From Treponemataceae bacterium (GTDB lineage: Bacteria; Spirochaetota; Spirochaetia; Treponematales; Rectinemataceae), in contig CAXXGJ010000011.1 of the NCBI GenBank assembly GCA_963677895.2, positions 1 to 32,845 of the forward strand: DNA of 32,845 nucleotides, written 5' to 3'. Under the pieces are notes generated by a model. That model had not been told where the DNA came from. It did no database searches and saw only the letters and a list, made by a program, of their open reading frames with translations. Position numbers and translations under genes: made by a program. This document shows, in pieces, positions 20,894 through 30,225 of this stretch (position 1 is its first letter; each line of letters opens with the position of its first letter).

Positions 20894-21565
20894 TCAGACC
20901 CCCAAATGTAACTCTTCAGGCGGCTCGGGCAAATCTTTGAACCATTTTTTCCACAAGGATGTGCGAGGACTGAATAGCGCCCACGCGGTGAGAAATATGA
21001 TCTTAAAATAGTTCCCAACCGTACAATGCTTGGACCACCAAAGCTCAAGCTCGCCCTTGAAAGGAGCAATTACTTTATCATGAACATATTTCCTATCCCC
21101 GCCAATTCTATCGAGAACACCTTCCTCATCCCGAAAAATCAACGAAGCGATCCCAGTCAAGCCAGGAGTCATCGTCAATATCGCTTCCCTTGTCTTCTCA
21201 GGATAAAGCGCTAAATGCTGTGCAACAATAGGCCGCGGCCCCACGACGCTCATCTGACCAATAAAAATATTGAGAAGTTGCGGCAACTCATTGATCTTCG
21301 TCTTACGAAGAAAATGACCCATAGGTAATACCCTAGGATCTTTCGACTGTGTGATGAAGCCGCCAGGCAAATTCGGGCTATTTTTTAGCATTGAAGCAAA
21401 TTTTAATACATTAAATTTCACTCCACATTTCCCTACACGAGGCTGCAGGTAGAAAATGTAATGTTCTCCCGTAAGCTTCAACCCGATAATAATCGGAATC
21501 ATAAAAGGAAAGAGAACAATCATCGCAATGCAGGAGAAGACAATATCAAAGAAGCGTATCAACAT
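20894..21565 (-). CDS. Small sugar-phosphate transferase (Bac_transf), copy B
   Basis: Same motifs as 18944..19609. By my ungapped count, 158/221 residues are identical. More AT-rich codons. Confidence 0.9.
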   Translation of the reverse strand: MLIRFFDIVFSCIAMIVLFPFMIPIIIGLKLTGEHYIFYLQPRVGKCGVKFNVLKFASMLKNSPNLPGGFITQSKDPRVLPMGHFLRKTKINELPQLLNIFIGQMSVVGPRPIVAQHLALYPEKTREAILTMTPGLTGIASLIFRDEEGVLDRIGGDRKYVHDKVIAPFKGELELWWSKHCTVGNYFKIIFLTAWALFSPRTSLWKKWFKDLPEPPEELHLGV

Positions 21566-21809
21566 ATTTGCATCCTAAAATCAAGAAATACTTAACTTAC
21601 TAATTTCCAATAAAAATGTAATCATGGAATTTGGTAATTCTTTTTAGATAAAAAAAAAAGAGTGCAATTTCTCGTTGACGAATCGACATAATATGGTTAC
21701 ATATGCATAATCATAGAGACCACAAAGGCTAAATATGCTGAGCCCATCGAGCAGGACCACTACAGAAAACTGAATAAGGTGGAATATCCTACAAGAAGGA
21801 GTGTCCACC

Positions 21810-22112
21810 ATGAGGAAGAAGTTCGACGAACAGTTCAAGGCAATGGTCGCCCTCGAGGCGGTAAAAGAGGAGCTCACGCTCCAGGAGTTGGCTGAAAAGT
21901 ATCAAGTCCATCCGAATCAGATCAGCGTCTGGAAGAAGAAGCTCCTGGAACAGTCTTCGGCGCTCTTTGAACGAAAGAACAAGAAGGACGAGGAATACAA
22001 CCAGCTCAAGAAGGAGAAGGAAGAACTCTTCCGTCAGCTGGGGCAAATGCAATACGAGAACGAGTGGCTAAAAAAAAAGTACAAACAGCTGTACGGCAAA
22101 GATCCCGGCTGA
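21810..22112 (+). CDS. IS3 transposase OrfA (HTH_Tnp_1)
   Basis: RKKFDEQFKAMVALEA..TLQELAEKYQVHPNQISVWKK...ENEWLKKK; AAGGAG RBS before ATG 21810. Confidence 0.88.
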   Translation: MRKKFDEQFKAMVALEAVKEELTLQELAEKYQVHPNQISVWKKKLLEQSSALFERKNKKDEEYNQLKKEKEELFRQLGQMQYENEWLKKKYKQLYGKDPG

Positions 22113-22532
22113 TCGATCCAAAGGAGCCCGTCTTGTCAGTACGACGACAGTGTGAGCTGCTCAAGGTCCAAAGAAGCTGCGTCTATTACCGCTCAAAGCC
22201 AGCTCAGAACGCGAATCATGAGCGCCATAAGGCGCTTATTCTTGCGATAAACGGCAAGTTGCCCTTCTATGGCTATCGAAAGATCACACTGGAACTGCAG
22301 GCGAAGAAAAGTGAGCTCAGCCAAAAGCAGGTTCGCAGGCTCATGCACTCGATGCATCTTAAAGCGTTGCACGCCAAGAGAATAACCAGCATTAAGCATC
22401 CTGAGAATCCAATTTATCCCTACCTACTGAAGAATATCGTTGTACGATATCCCAATCAGGTATGGATCTCGGATCTGACCTACATTAAGCTTCCGGGGCT
22501 CGGTTATGTGTACCTCGTCGCTATAATGGATC
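22064..22532 (+). pseudogene. IS3 transposase OrfB, truncated
   Basis: In the -1 frame to orfA: LSVRRQCELL..RSCVYY, PFYGYRKI, YPYLLK..PNQVWISDLTYI..VYLVAIMD. It then runs straight into the IS66 terminal repeat. Confidence 0.85.
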
Positions 22533-22566
22533 GTAAGCGTCCAATTCTCCCCATCTTGACCAGTAT

Positions 22567-24148
22567 CTAGTAAGCCGAAGGATCAAGCCGGTATGGAAGC
22601 AGCGAAAGCTTCTCTTCAAGCGTCGTTGCTTTCGGAAGCATTTCAAACAAGTAGCAAAGATATTTATAGGGCTCGTGGCCACTGGCTTTTGCCGTTTCAA
22701 TGAGGCTGTAAAGACCAGCGCTCGTGTGCGCCCCCCGCAGGAGTGTTTGAAAAGAGCCAATTCTTTCGGCCCAGCACAAAGGGCCGAATCGCATTTTCGA
22801 CCGCATTGTTGTCAGGCGTCAAAAGCGCATGCTCAAGATAGCGCACAACCAGGTGCCATTGCCCTAAGGCATAGGAAACCGCTTTCCCAAGACCACTCGA
22901 GGGCGTCACGCTCTGGCTTCGAATGGTAAGCCATTCATGCATTGCCGCAAGCTGTGGTTCTTGAAGCCGTTTTCGTTCAGCAATAAATGAACCTTCATCG
23001 TGTTCTTTGTTTTCATACCGTTGCCGTAGGAGCGTCTCGGTATGGTAGAGAGCAGAAATCATCGAAAGGAACTCGGCAGCGTCCCCTGTGCCGCCAGAAA
23101 CCTTGTCCGCGTCGAAGAACTTCCTTCGGATATGTGCCATGCAGCCCACATGGGTAATCCCTGGAGCTTCTCCTACCTGCGAATAGCCTGAATAGCCATC
23201 GGTTTGAAGATAGCCTGAGTAGCCTTTTAAGAACTCAAGTGCAACGCTTCCCGATCGTGTCGGGTGGTAGTGGAAGAAGAGAAGCTTCTTTCCTTCCCTG
23301 AATCCGCAAGTAACCCACATATACGACTTTGCCGTGGCGCTTCGATTCTTTTCGTGCAGGACCTGTACCGGCGTTTCATCCATCCCGATCACGGGCGACG
23401 TCTTTAGATCGTCGCGAATCGCCTGCACCAGATCACCCACCGCGCGCCCGGTATTCATGGCAAGCGAACACAAGGTTGAACGCCCAGTACTCACGCCCCA
23501 GCGCGAAAGAATCCCTTCCATGCGGTAGAAGGGCTGCGCGTCAACAAACTTGCTCGTAAGGAAGAAGGCGATCGTTCCATTCGAGAATCTGGAGCCAGGG
23601 ACGATCTTCGCGTTCCCCGGCGCTTGAATAATCGGCGCTATTTCGGTGCCCTGGCACTCTTTACAGGGGCAAGGCCCATACTTCTTCATGACGTGGACGT
23701 CGATCACTGCCTTGGCGGGAATGAGCCTGAGTTCTTCCTTGCGCTCTTCGCCGATTTCCGGACGCAAGGCCCCACAGGAAGGACAGGCTCGCTCTTCATC
23801 GCTCAAGACATGGACGATTTCATTACGCTCGAGATTGTCCGGAAAGGGCTTCCTTCCCGCCTTCTTGCGTTCATGCTGGCCGACCGTTATCGTGACAGGC
23901 TTTCGGTCGGGAACATCGAAGAAGGTTTCGGCTTCGTTGAAAAGGAGATCCTGCTTGGGATTCTCTTTCTGGTGCTTTTCGCTCTTGGGGCCAAAGATCA
24001 GTCGCTGCAGCGCAGCGTATTTTTCCTCTTCAATGGTGAGCTTATTTTGCAGTGCCTGTACTTCCTTGGCATGTTCGGTCGCCATTTCTTTGACCAGCTT
24101 TTTGAGGCTAGTCACGTCGTCAGGAAGGTTTTCAAGCAAGCTCACCAT
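22567..24148 (-). CDS. tnpC: IS66 transposase TnpC (1-base frameshift in G6 run at 22731-22736)
   Basis: FGPKSEK, CPSCG zinc finger, MDETPV, YLQTDGYSGY, GCMAHIRRKF, DNNAVENAIRP..GRKNWLF. The C-terminus (GAHTSAGLYSLIETAK...LLP) is in the frame of ORF 22567..22806. Confidence 0.92.
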
Positions 24149-24194
24149 GCAGGACAGTATAGCATGAAATGCCCTGTTTGCAGCCTATATTCGC

Positions 24195-24539
24195 TTATGC
24201 CACCGCAGAATATTCAAGCTTTCGATGCTCCCGGAATATATCAATTCCTCGCACGAGGAGCTTGAATTTGTCATGCTCGATTTCAAGAACGCCTTTCTGT
24301 TTTCCCGTCCAAGGAAAGGTTTCTTCTTCGAGCCGTTTGATCCACAGGCAGAAGCCGCTCTTGTCCCAGTAAAGGATTTTCATGACTTTTCTTGTTTTGC
24401 CTAGAAATACAAAATACGATCCTGAGAATACTTCTTCTGGTTGTTTAGTTTGCGCTAATGCCGAAAGGCCATTAATCTGTTTTCGCATGTCAGTGATTCC
24501 GGCCACGAGATAAATGGTTCGATCTTTTCTTAAGTACAT
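24195..24539 (-). CDS. tnpB: IS66 accessory protein TnpB (Orf2)
   Basis: TDMRKQINGL...VF....KILYWDKSGFCLWIKRLE..F.W. Confidence 0.93.
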   Translation of the reverse strand: MYLRKDRTIYLVAGITDMRKQINGLSALAQTKQPEEVFSGSYFVFLGKTRKVMKILYWDKSGFCLWIKRLEEETFPWTGKQKGVLEIEHDKFKLLVRGIDIFREHRKLEYSAVA

Positions 24540-24646
24540 TGATGATCCCTCCCTTTGCAGGAAGGATAATCGAATTTCCTATGCTGTCAGCTTGGGGAGA
24601 ATTGGACGCTTACCATATCTATATAAAACCGATATTTTATTAAATT

Positions 24647-25447
24647 TTATTTTTTAAAGCATTTTGATAATGGAACAAGTTTTGCTCCATCCTCAATTAA
24701 ATAATTATATAATTCGATCAGTTGCATTTTTAATTCTGGATTCTTTATTAAGGACCAATAGTGTGTGTAAATTACAAACGGATGTCCTTTAATTTTACAC
24801 ATCTTGTATTCATATTTTAGACGATCTATTCGATCAATACCATATGCATTTAGCTCTAAGTGTTTCCCATAATTTAATATTCCACCATATGGAATATTAT
24901 ATATTAATCTATAACTCCATCTCAATAAATAATTAATAAAATAGCGAATTGTGATCATACGGTCATTGTGTTGGATAATTCCAGAATAATTCATATCTAA
25001 TTTTTCTAAAGTATTTATTGCTTTTTTATTAATCATATTATTTGGAGCAATAAAAATAGATACTTTTGTATTAAAAAGTTTTTCAAGTAATATTTTCCCA
25101 GATTGAATTTCTTTGTAAATATTTCTTTTATCTTTCCATATCATTTCAGCTTGCCATTTTCCAAAATATTTTTTATATTCATGAGAATATCCGTGCATCA
25201 GTATCTCTACTCTTTTTGCTTCTTTTTTTTCTTTTAGCCATTTAATTAGTTCAATATTACCTTCTATTGAATAATATCCATAAGGAATTCCTTCTCCATA
25301 TGGAAATATTGAATCCTTGTGTACAGGAACCGTAAAAGGTACAATTGATATAGAAATACAACCATCTTTTAAAAAATCATATGCCATTTCAAATTCTTGA
25401 GGTTTTGTAAAATATGAAGTATCGTCATCTCTAATTGCAAATATCAT
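24647..25447 (-). CDS. Polysaccharide deacetylase-like protein (DUF2334-type)
   Basis: FAIRDDD, EILMHGYSH, FIAPNN, YTHYW NodB-like motifs. Confidence 0.75.
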   Translation of the reverse strand: MIFAIRDDDTSYFTKPQEFEMAYDFLKDGCISISIVPFTVPVHKDSIFPYGEGIPYGYYSIEGNIELIKWLKEKKEAKRVEILMHGYSHEYKKYFGKWQAEMIWKDKRNIYKEIQSGKILLEKLFNTKVSIFIAPNNMINKKAINTLEKLDMNYSGIIQHNDRMITIRYFINYLLRWSYRLIYNIPYGGILNYGKHLELNAYGIDRIDRLKYEYKMCKIKGHPFVIYTHYWSLIKNPELKMQLIELYNYLIEDGAKLVPLSKCFKK

Positions 25448-27776
25448 TATTTTTAATCCTTTTCATATAATATTTTTTTATTTTTAACGATAAACGTAAA
25501 AATAGATTCATCACTGCATATTTTTTTAATATCGTATGTATTAAATTATGCGAATCTTTAATTTCTTTTCTAATAGATTTTAATGCTATATGTCTCACTT
25601 CAGGGGTTAAAATTCTAGGATTATTTTGACACAAAAAATCTTTATTACAAGGCTTTATCAATAAGTCAGATGCAATTCTATTTAATAATATTTTTCCTTT
25701 ATCTGTTAGGCATAAAATCATAGAAACACCTTTTCCATCATCGATTCCTGGGTAATATTTATTTAAGTTCCATCCATCTCCAAGAATAATATCTGATTTT
25801 ATTTGATCACCCTTATAATTACAATTCAGGCAACGTTCTCGCTCTAATAATCCATCTGTATAACACTTTAAAAGATAACCATTTGTTTTTCTATATGAAA
25901 TATGCTCTTTCTTATTGAAATATAAAAATTTCAATCCATAGTTTTCCCATCCGGATGCTTTATCACGCATATTACAGTATAATATTTTTCCATTTATTTC
26001 CTCTTCCTCTTTAACATATAATTTCCATAATTTTCTAGAAATTGTTCCATGGCATATAACCGCTACATAATATATATTTTCATTGTTTCCAAACACATTT
26101 TTCATTGCAGCAATTTGGCAAGGTACTCCAGAGAACAAAACTATCTTATTACTATTCAATTTTTCTTTTATTAATTGATAAGAAATATTCATAGAACTAT
26201 GTATATATTTCGATCCTATCATTTTGATTACGTTTTCATTTTTACTTGATACAATATGTTTAGTATTACATTTTTTATCAAAAATGCATCCACTTATCAC
26301 TCCACCACATTTTAATATTTCCTTGGCTAATAATATAAATATTCCTCCTGAAGAACTGCTCATTCGACTTTCAATGTTTTTATTGTATGCAATATACGAT
26401 TCACATAACGCTGAAACCGGGCCAGGTTTTTTTTTCGTTAATCTTTGTACATACTTTTACACATTTTCCACAATTTATACAAATATTTGTATTAACTATT
26501 GGAACAAAACATCCATCATCATTTGCTGATGCTGTAATTGCCTGAACAGGACATACTGCTAAACAAGCTTCACAAGAATAACATTCGTTCTCAAAATCAA
26601 ATTGTATATAACTTTGCTTAAATTTTTGTACTTCTTTTTCTTTATTAATATCATTTAGCATAGATTTTAAATAATCAATGGAAATATTTTTTAATTTAGA
26701 TAGTTTCAAATTTACCATTTTAAAATCTATAGTCAATTTATTTTTTTCAGGAATTATATTTGAATTTACAATAATTCTATCTTTTAGTCCAAATATCGAA
26801 AGTAATTCTATTAATCGAGAATTTTCTGATTGCTTACTGTTTTCAGAAAATTTATAAAAAGAAAAAAAGAAACGTTAAAATTTATAGAAAATGCAGTCCC
26901 ATGAAAAGAGTCTGTACATAAAAAGCTAGCGTTTTTAATTAATGAAATAAACTCATCCGGACCACATATATACTGTTTACAAATAGAATCATTAAAATCC
27001 ATATATGCAGTAGGAATACTAATAATTTCCCATCCTGTTTTTATACTTAGCTTTTTTACAAATTCCCGATGCTGTTTATTTTCTCCTAAAAAATACTGCA
27101 TTATATAAGGTTTTGACTCGAAATTTGCTGAAGAAAATTTCATCCAATCTGATGAAGAAAGTAATAATGTAGGATCAAGAACCGTTTCAACATTTCTACC
27201 TGTTAGTTTTTTTAACAACTCAGATCCATGCTTTTCTCGACAAGAAAGATATTCAATATTTTGTGTTAATCTCTTAAGTCGCTCAGATTGTTTCAAATTT
27301 AATTTTGAAACAGCAATACTCGGTGCATAACTCCCACGTAATTTATTCTTTGAAACAAAATTTAAATAAAATGCATCAGGATTATTACTAGCATATGGGT
27401 TCCATGTTTGATCACTTCCCACTATATAACCATCATATAGTGGTGGATTTTTTTTTATTTCTTCCATGCTATGATAAGTATTATGACTTACTTGAAGATG
27501 CTTTTTATAAAAATCTTCAAATGCATTATTTTTTTGAACAATATTTTTTCTGTTTTTATATAACGTATAATATTTTTTATATTCTAATAAATATATAGGA
27601 AATCTTTTTATTCTAATTTTCAATAATTCATAAATTGTTTTTTTTAATTGTGGAACAAAGTCAATAAACTCTGTTTCAAATCCATTTTTTCTTATAGCTT
27701 CCTGCAATGCAAGAGCTTGCAACATAGAACCATAGTTGCTATTATGATGAAAAGTGATAATACCTACTTTAGACAT
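25431..27776 (-). CDS. Apparent fusion: polysaccharide pyruvyltransferase + 2x[4Fe-4S] ferredoxin + F420-hydrogenase beta (FrhB)-like domain, ~781 aa; frameshifts at ~26865 and ~26430
   Basis: NYGSMLQA, VGSDQTWN, SCRE, LDPTLLL, TDSFHG. After +1 T in the T-run the frame reads NSRLIELLSIFGLKDR...IDF..VNLKL...YLKSML directly into CYSCEACLAVCP...CINCGKCVKVC. After -1 A in the A9 run it reads ...RMSSSSGGIF, GSKY, GVPCQI, ICHG, RERCLNC, SDIILGD. Confidence 0.75.
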
Positions 27777-28062
27777 TATCTTATCCAACCTTTCAATGAT
27801 TTATGATTTACTATTTATAGTGTTTATTATCTTACTATCACATATTATAATTTAAAAATATTATGATACTTTTATTATTAACGTTCAACGTTTTTATCTT
27901 ATTAAAAAATATTTAATTTTTTTATTTGCTTGCTTTAGATAGTAAATATACTATTATACTACAGCTTTAAATATTTTTTAATTTTTATGAACAATAATCA
28001 ATTTATACTCCAAATAATCATCCATAAATATTTAATTATTTTAATATTACTACATACTTCTT

Positions 28063-29484
28063 TTATGCTTTTTTTATTTTAATTATTCTTCTTAGCATTA
28101 TACCTAATTTTTTCAAGTAACTTTTATACATTATGGATATTATAAATATTATTACACACTGTATTATTATTGTATCAATTTTAAATCCCTCTAATGATAT
28201 TTTAAACTGTATTAAAAGCAAAATATATGAAATAATATTTTTTATTAAATACAATTTAAATTTTACATACTTTTTTATATCTATTAGTCTAATAACCCAA
28301 ATTATTATCGATGATATCATTGTGCATATTGCCGCACCCATTATTCCATATGACGGAACAAATATAATATTTAATATAATATTGCTTATAGCACCTATAA
28401 TTGTTGCTTTTGATATATTTTTTGTAGCTTTTTTTGCTATCAACAGGCTCCCAATAAAACCAGAAAGACTGCTGAATACAACTGCGATAAGAATTGGCGG
28501 AACATATTTCCATGCAATAAAAAAATCTCTTCCATATAATATCTTAGCTAATGGAATATTCAAAAAAATGATAATTGAACAACAAAATACAAGGAAAAAA
28601 TTATAAAAATCATACATATTACTTATAAAGCTTGTTTTATCATTTGAATCAAATTCTTTTATAGCAGATAGTTGCCAAGCTTGAGAAAACGCATCACTAC
28701 ATGTTGTAAGAATATTTGGAATTTTATATGCAACCGTATAAATACCATTGTATGAGGCACCAATGAACCATAGAATAATATAGCGTGCTGAAAGATCATT
28801 AATCCACCAGCCAATTCTATTTAATATCAACGGAGAACTAAATTTTTCCATTTCATAGCAAAGATTCCTTTTAAATGATTTTATTTTAATAAATCTCCAA
28901 ATTTTAATGCGAAAACATATCCAAAAATTGGCAATAATAGTACCAAGAAAATTTGCTAATAGATATCCATCTATTCCTAGTTTCAAAATTGGAAGAAATA
29001 TTATATTAAAGGTACAGCTCGCTGCAGTTGTAATAATACTAGCTTCTACTAATACCTGCAATTTATCAATACCACGTACGAAATTAATTAAAATGCTATA
29101 TAATCCATTTGCAAAGACTAAGAAAAAAAAATATAATAAATATTTCGCTGGAATATTTGGATTATGAAATAAGCTTATTAAAAATATGCAAACTAAACAG
29201 ATAATCATTCCACGAAGGAATACCCAAAGCGCGCTCATAAGTACTTCGGCAGACTGATATTCAATATCGATACTAAATCGCATAACAGCATCTTGAATTA
29301 CAAGTAACAATATAGGCATGGCTAATCCAGCAGTAGATGTTATTATATCTGCTGTTCCATAATCTTTAGTTGAAAGATACCTAGTAAATAGGGGTACCAT
29401 TAAAAAAGCGAGTATTTTTGGGCCAAAGCTACTAATTGAAAATAATAATATGTTTTTAGATAGATAATTATACCTTTGCTTCAC
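28063..29484 (-). CDS. wzx: Polysaccharide flippase Wzx
   Basis: Polytopic membrane protein; FLMVPLFTRYLSTKDYG, GIYTVAYKIP, YGIMGAAI motifs. Confidence 0.88.
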   Translation of the reverse strand: MKQRYNYLSKNILLFSISSFGPKILAFLMVPLFTRYLSTKDYGTADIITSTAGLAMPILLLVIQDAVMRFSIDIEYQSAEVLMSALWVFLRGMIICLVCIFLISLFHNPNIPAKYLLYFFFLVFANGLYSILINFVRGIDKLQVLVEASIITTAASCTFNIIFLPILKLGIDGYLLANFLGTIIANFWICFRIKIWRFIKIKSFKRNLCYEMEKFSSPLILNRIGWWINDLSARYIILWFIGASYNGIYTVAYKIPNILTTCSDAFSQAWQLSAIKEFDSNDKTSFISNMYDFYNFFLVFCCSIIIFLNIPLAKILYGRDFFIAWKYVPPILIAVVFSSLSGFIGSLLIAKKATKNISKATIIGAISNIILNIIFVPSYGIMGAAICTMISSIIIWVIRLIDIKKYVKFKLYLIKNIISYILLLIQFKISLEGFKIDTIIIQCVIIFIISIMYKSYLKKLGIMLRRIIKIKKA

Positions 29485-29507
29485 TATGTATTCCCTTTTA
29501 ATATTTA

Positions 29508-30223
29508 GGGGTCATATTAGGTAAATCTCTAAATTGAACCAAATTTTCTGAGAATTTGGAGCTTGTTCTTAGATTTCCCGTAGTTGAATCGAAACTCACA
29601 CTCTTTCATAAACAAGGAATTTTTTTCAATTCTATTATATTTTTTAAAGGATCTATTCGCTTGATTTAAAAAGTTATCAATTCCATTGAAATAATTCTTT
29701 TCATCGACAATTACATCTTAATGATTAATTCGATAATGATGAAATTTGCCAGTGTTTAATTTATTATAAATATGATATGCATCTGAGTATACAACGCTAT
29801 CAAGCTTGATTTTTTGGACTATTCGTTCTTTAAGGTAATTTTCGTGGTATTCTTCAAAACCACGATGTAAACCTTACTTTGGCGTTTTATCTTGCCAAAA
29901 TCGATTACTTTTCCAATAATACTACAACTTAGTTTATTATAGCGAACTATACCTAAATAGTTCTCCAAATTTTTTACTTTATCGTAGAATACATCTACTG
30001 CTTGCTTGGTTAAAAATGAGGCAATAATTTAGCTAATTTTACGATTTAAATAAGCTGTATAATTTGATTAGAATTTTAAATTTTTTGCAGCTAAACGAGC
30101 AGTTACTTCTAATACAATTTATTTAATTAAATGAACTTATGTGCATTTTTTACAAGTTTTAACTATTAGTCATCTTTGTATCTTAACACATGACTTTTCT
30201 TAATATAGGTACAATACTGACAT
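29508..30223 (-). pseudogene. Degraded IS1595-family (IS1016-group) element
   Basis: Hand translation of the minus strand: LEVTARLAA..., GKVIDFGKIKRQSKVYIVV, KIKLDSVVYSD, FHHYRINH*, NGIDNFLNQA, LFMKECEFRFNYG...LQILRKFGSI* (stop at 29529). There are several internal stops. GGGGTCATATTAGGTAA at 29508 resembles an IS1016-type terminus; the other end is approximate. Confidence 0.8.
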
Positions 30224-30225
30224 TT

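Larger units (their letters stand above)
21736..22532 (+). mobile_element. IS3-family element, truncated on the right by IS66
   Basis: Probable left end TGCTGAGCCCATCGAGCAGGACCA at 21736. orfA HTH, A9G slippery site at 22070-22079, orfB to the first catalytic Asp region; no right half anywhere in the window. Confidence 0.85.
22533..24613 (-). mobile_element. IS66-family insertion sequence (tnpB + tnpC, no tnpA), 2081 bp
   Basis: Perfect 21-bp terminal inverted repeats GTAAGCGTCCAATTCTCCCCA (22533-22553 and 24593-24613). Flanks aatggatc / catatcta show no 8-bp target duplication. Confidence 0.95.

Noticed and set aside
4193..20911. Numerous plus-strand ORFs opposite the operon (e.g. 5116..5751, 9366..10073, 12749..13501, 19972..20829)
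   Set aside because: Antisense shadows of well-supported minus-strand genes.
21644..22399. Minus-strand ORFs 21644..21877, 21789..22052 and 22193..22399
   Set aside because: Largely antisense to IS3 orfA/orfB; the hydrophobic look comes from the A-rich sense strand.
24195..24539. tnpB as an RNA-guided TnpB nuclease (IS200/IS605 type)
   Set aside because: It is the unrelated 114-aa IS66 accessory protein; no RuvC or zinc-finger motifs.
25431..26363. FrhB-like domain as evidence of methanogen F420 hydrogenase
   Set aside because: No hydrogenase subunits are nearby, and this domain commonly occurs in bacterial polysaccharide loci.
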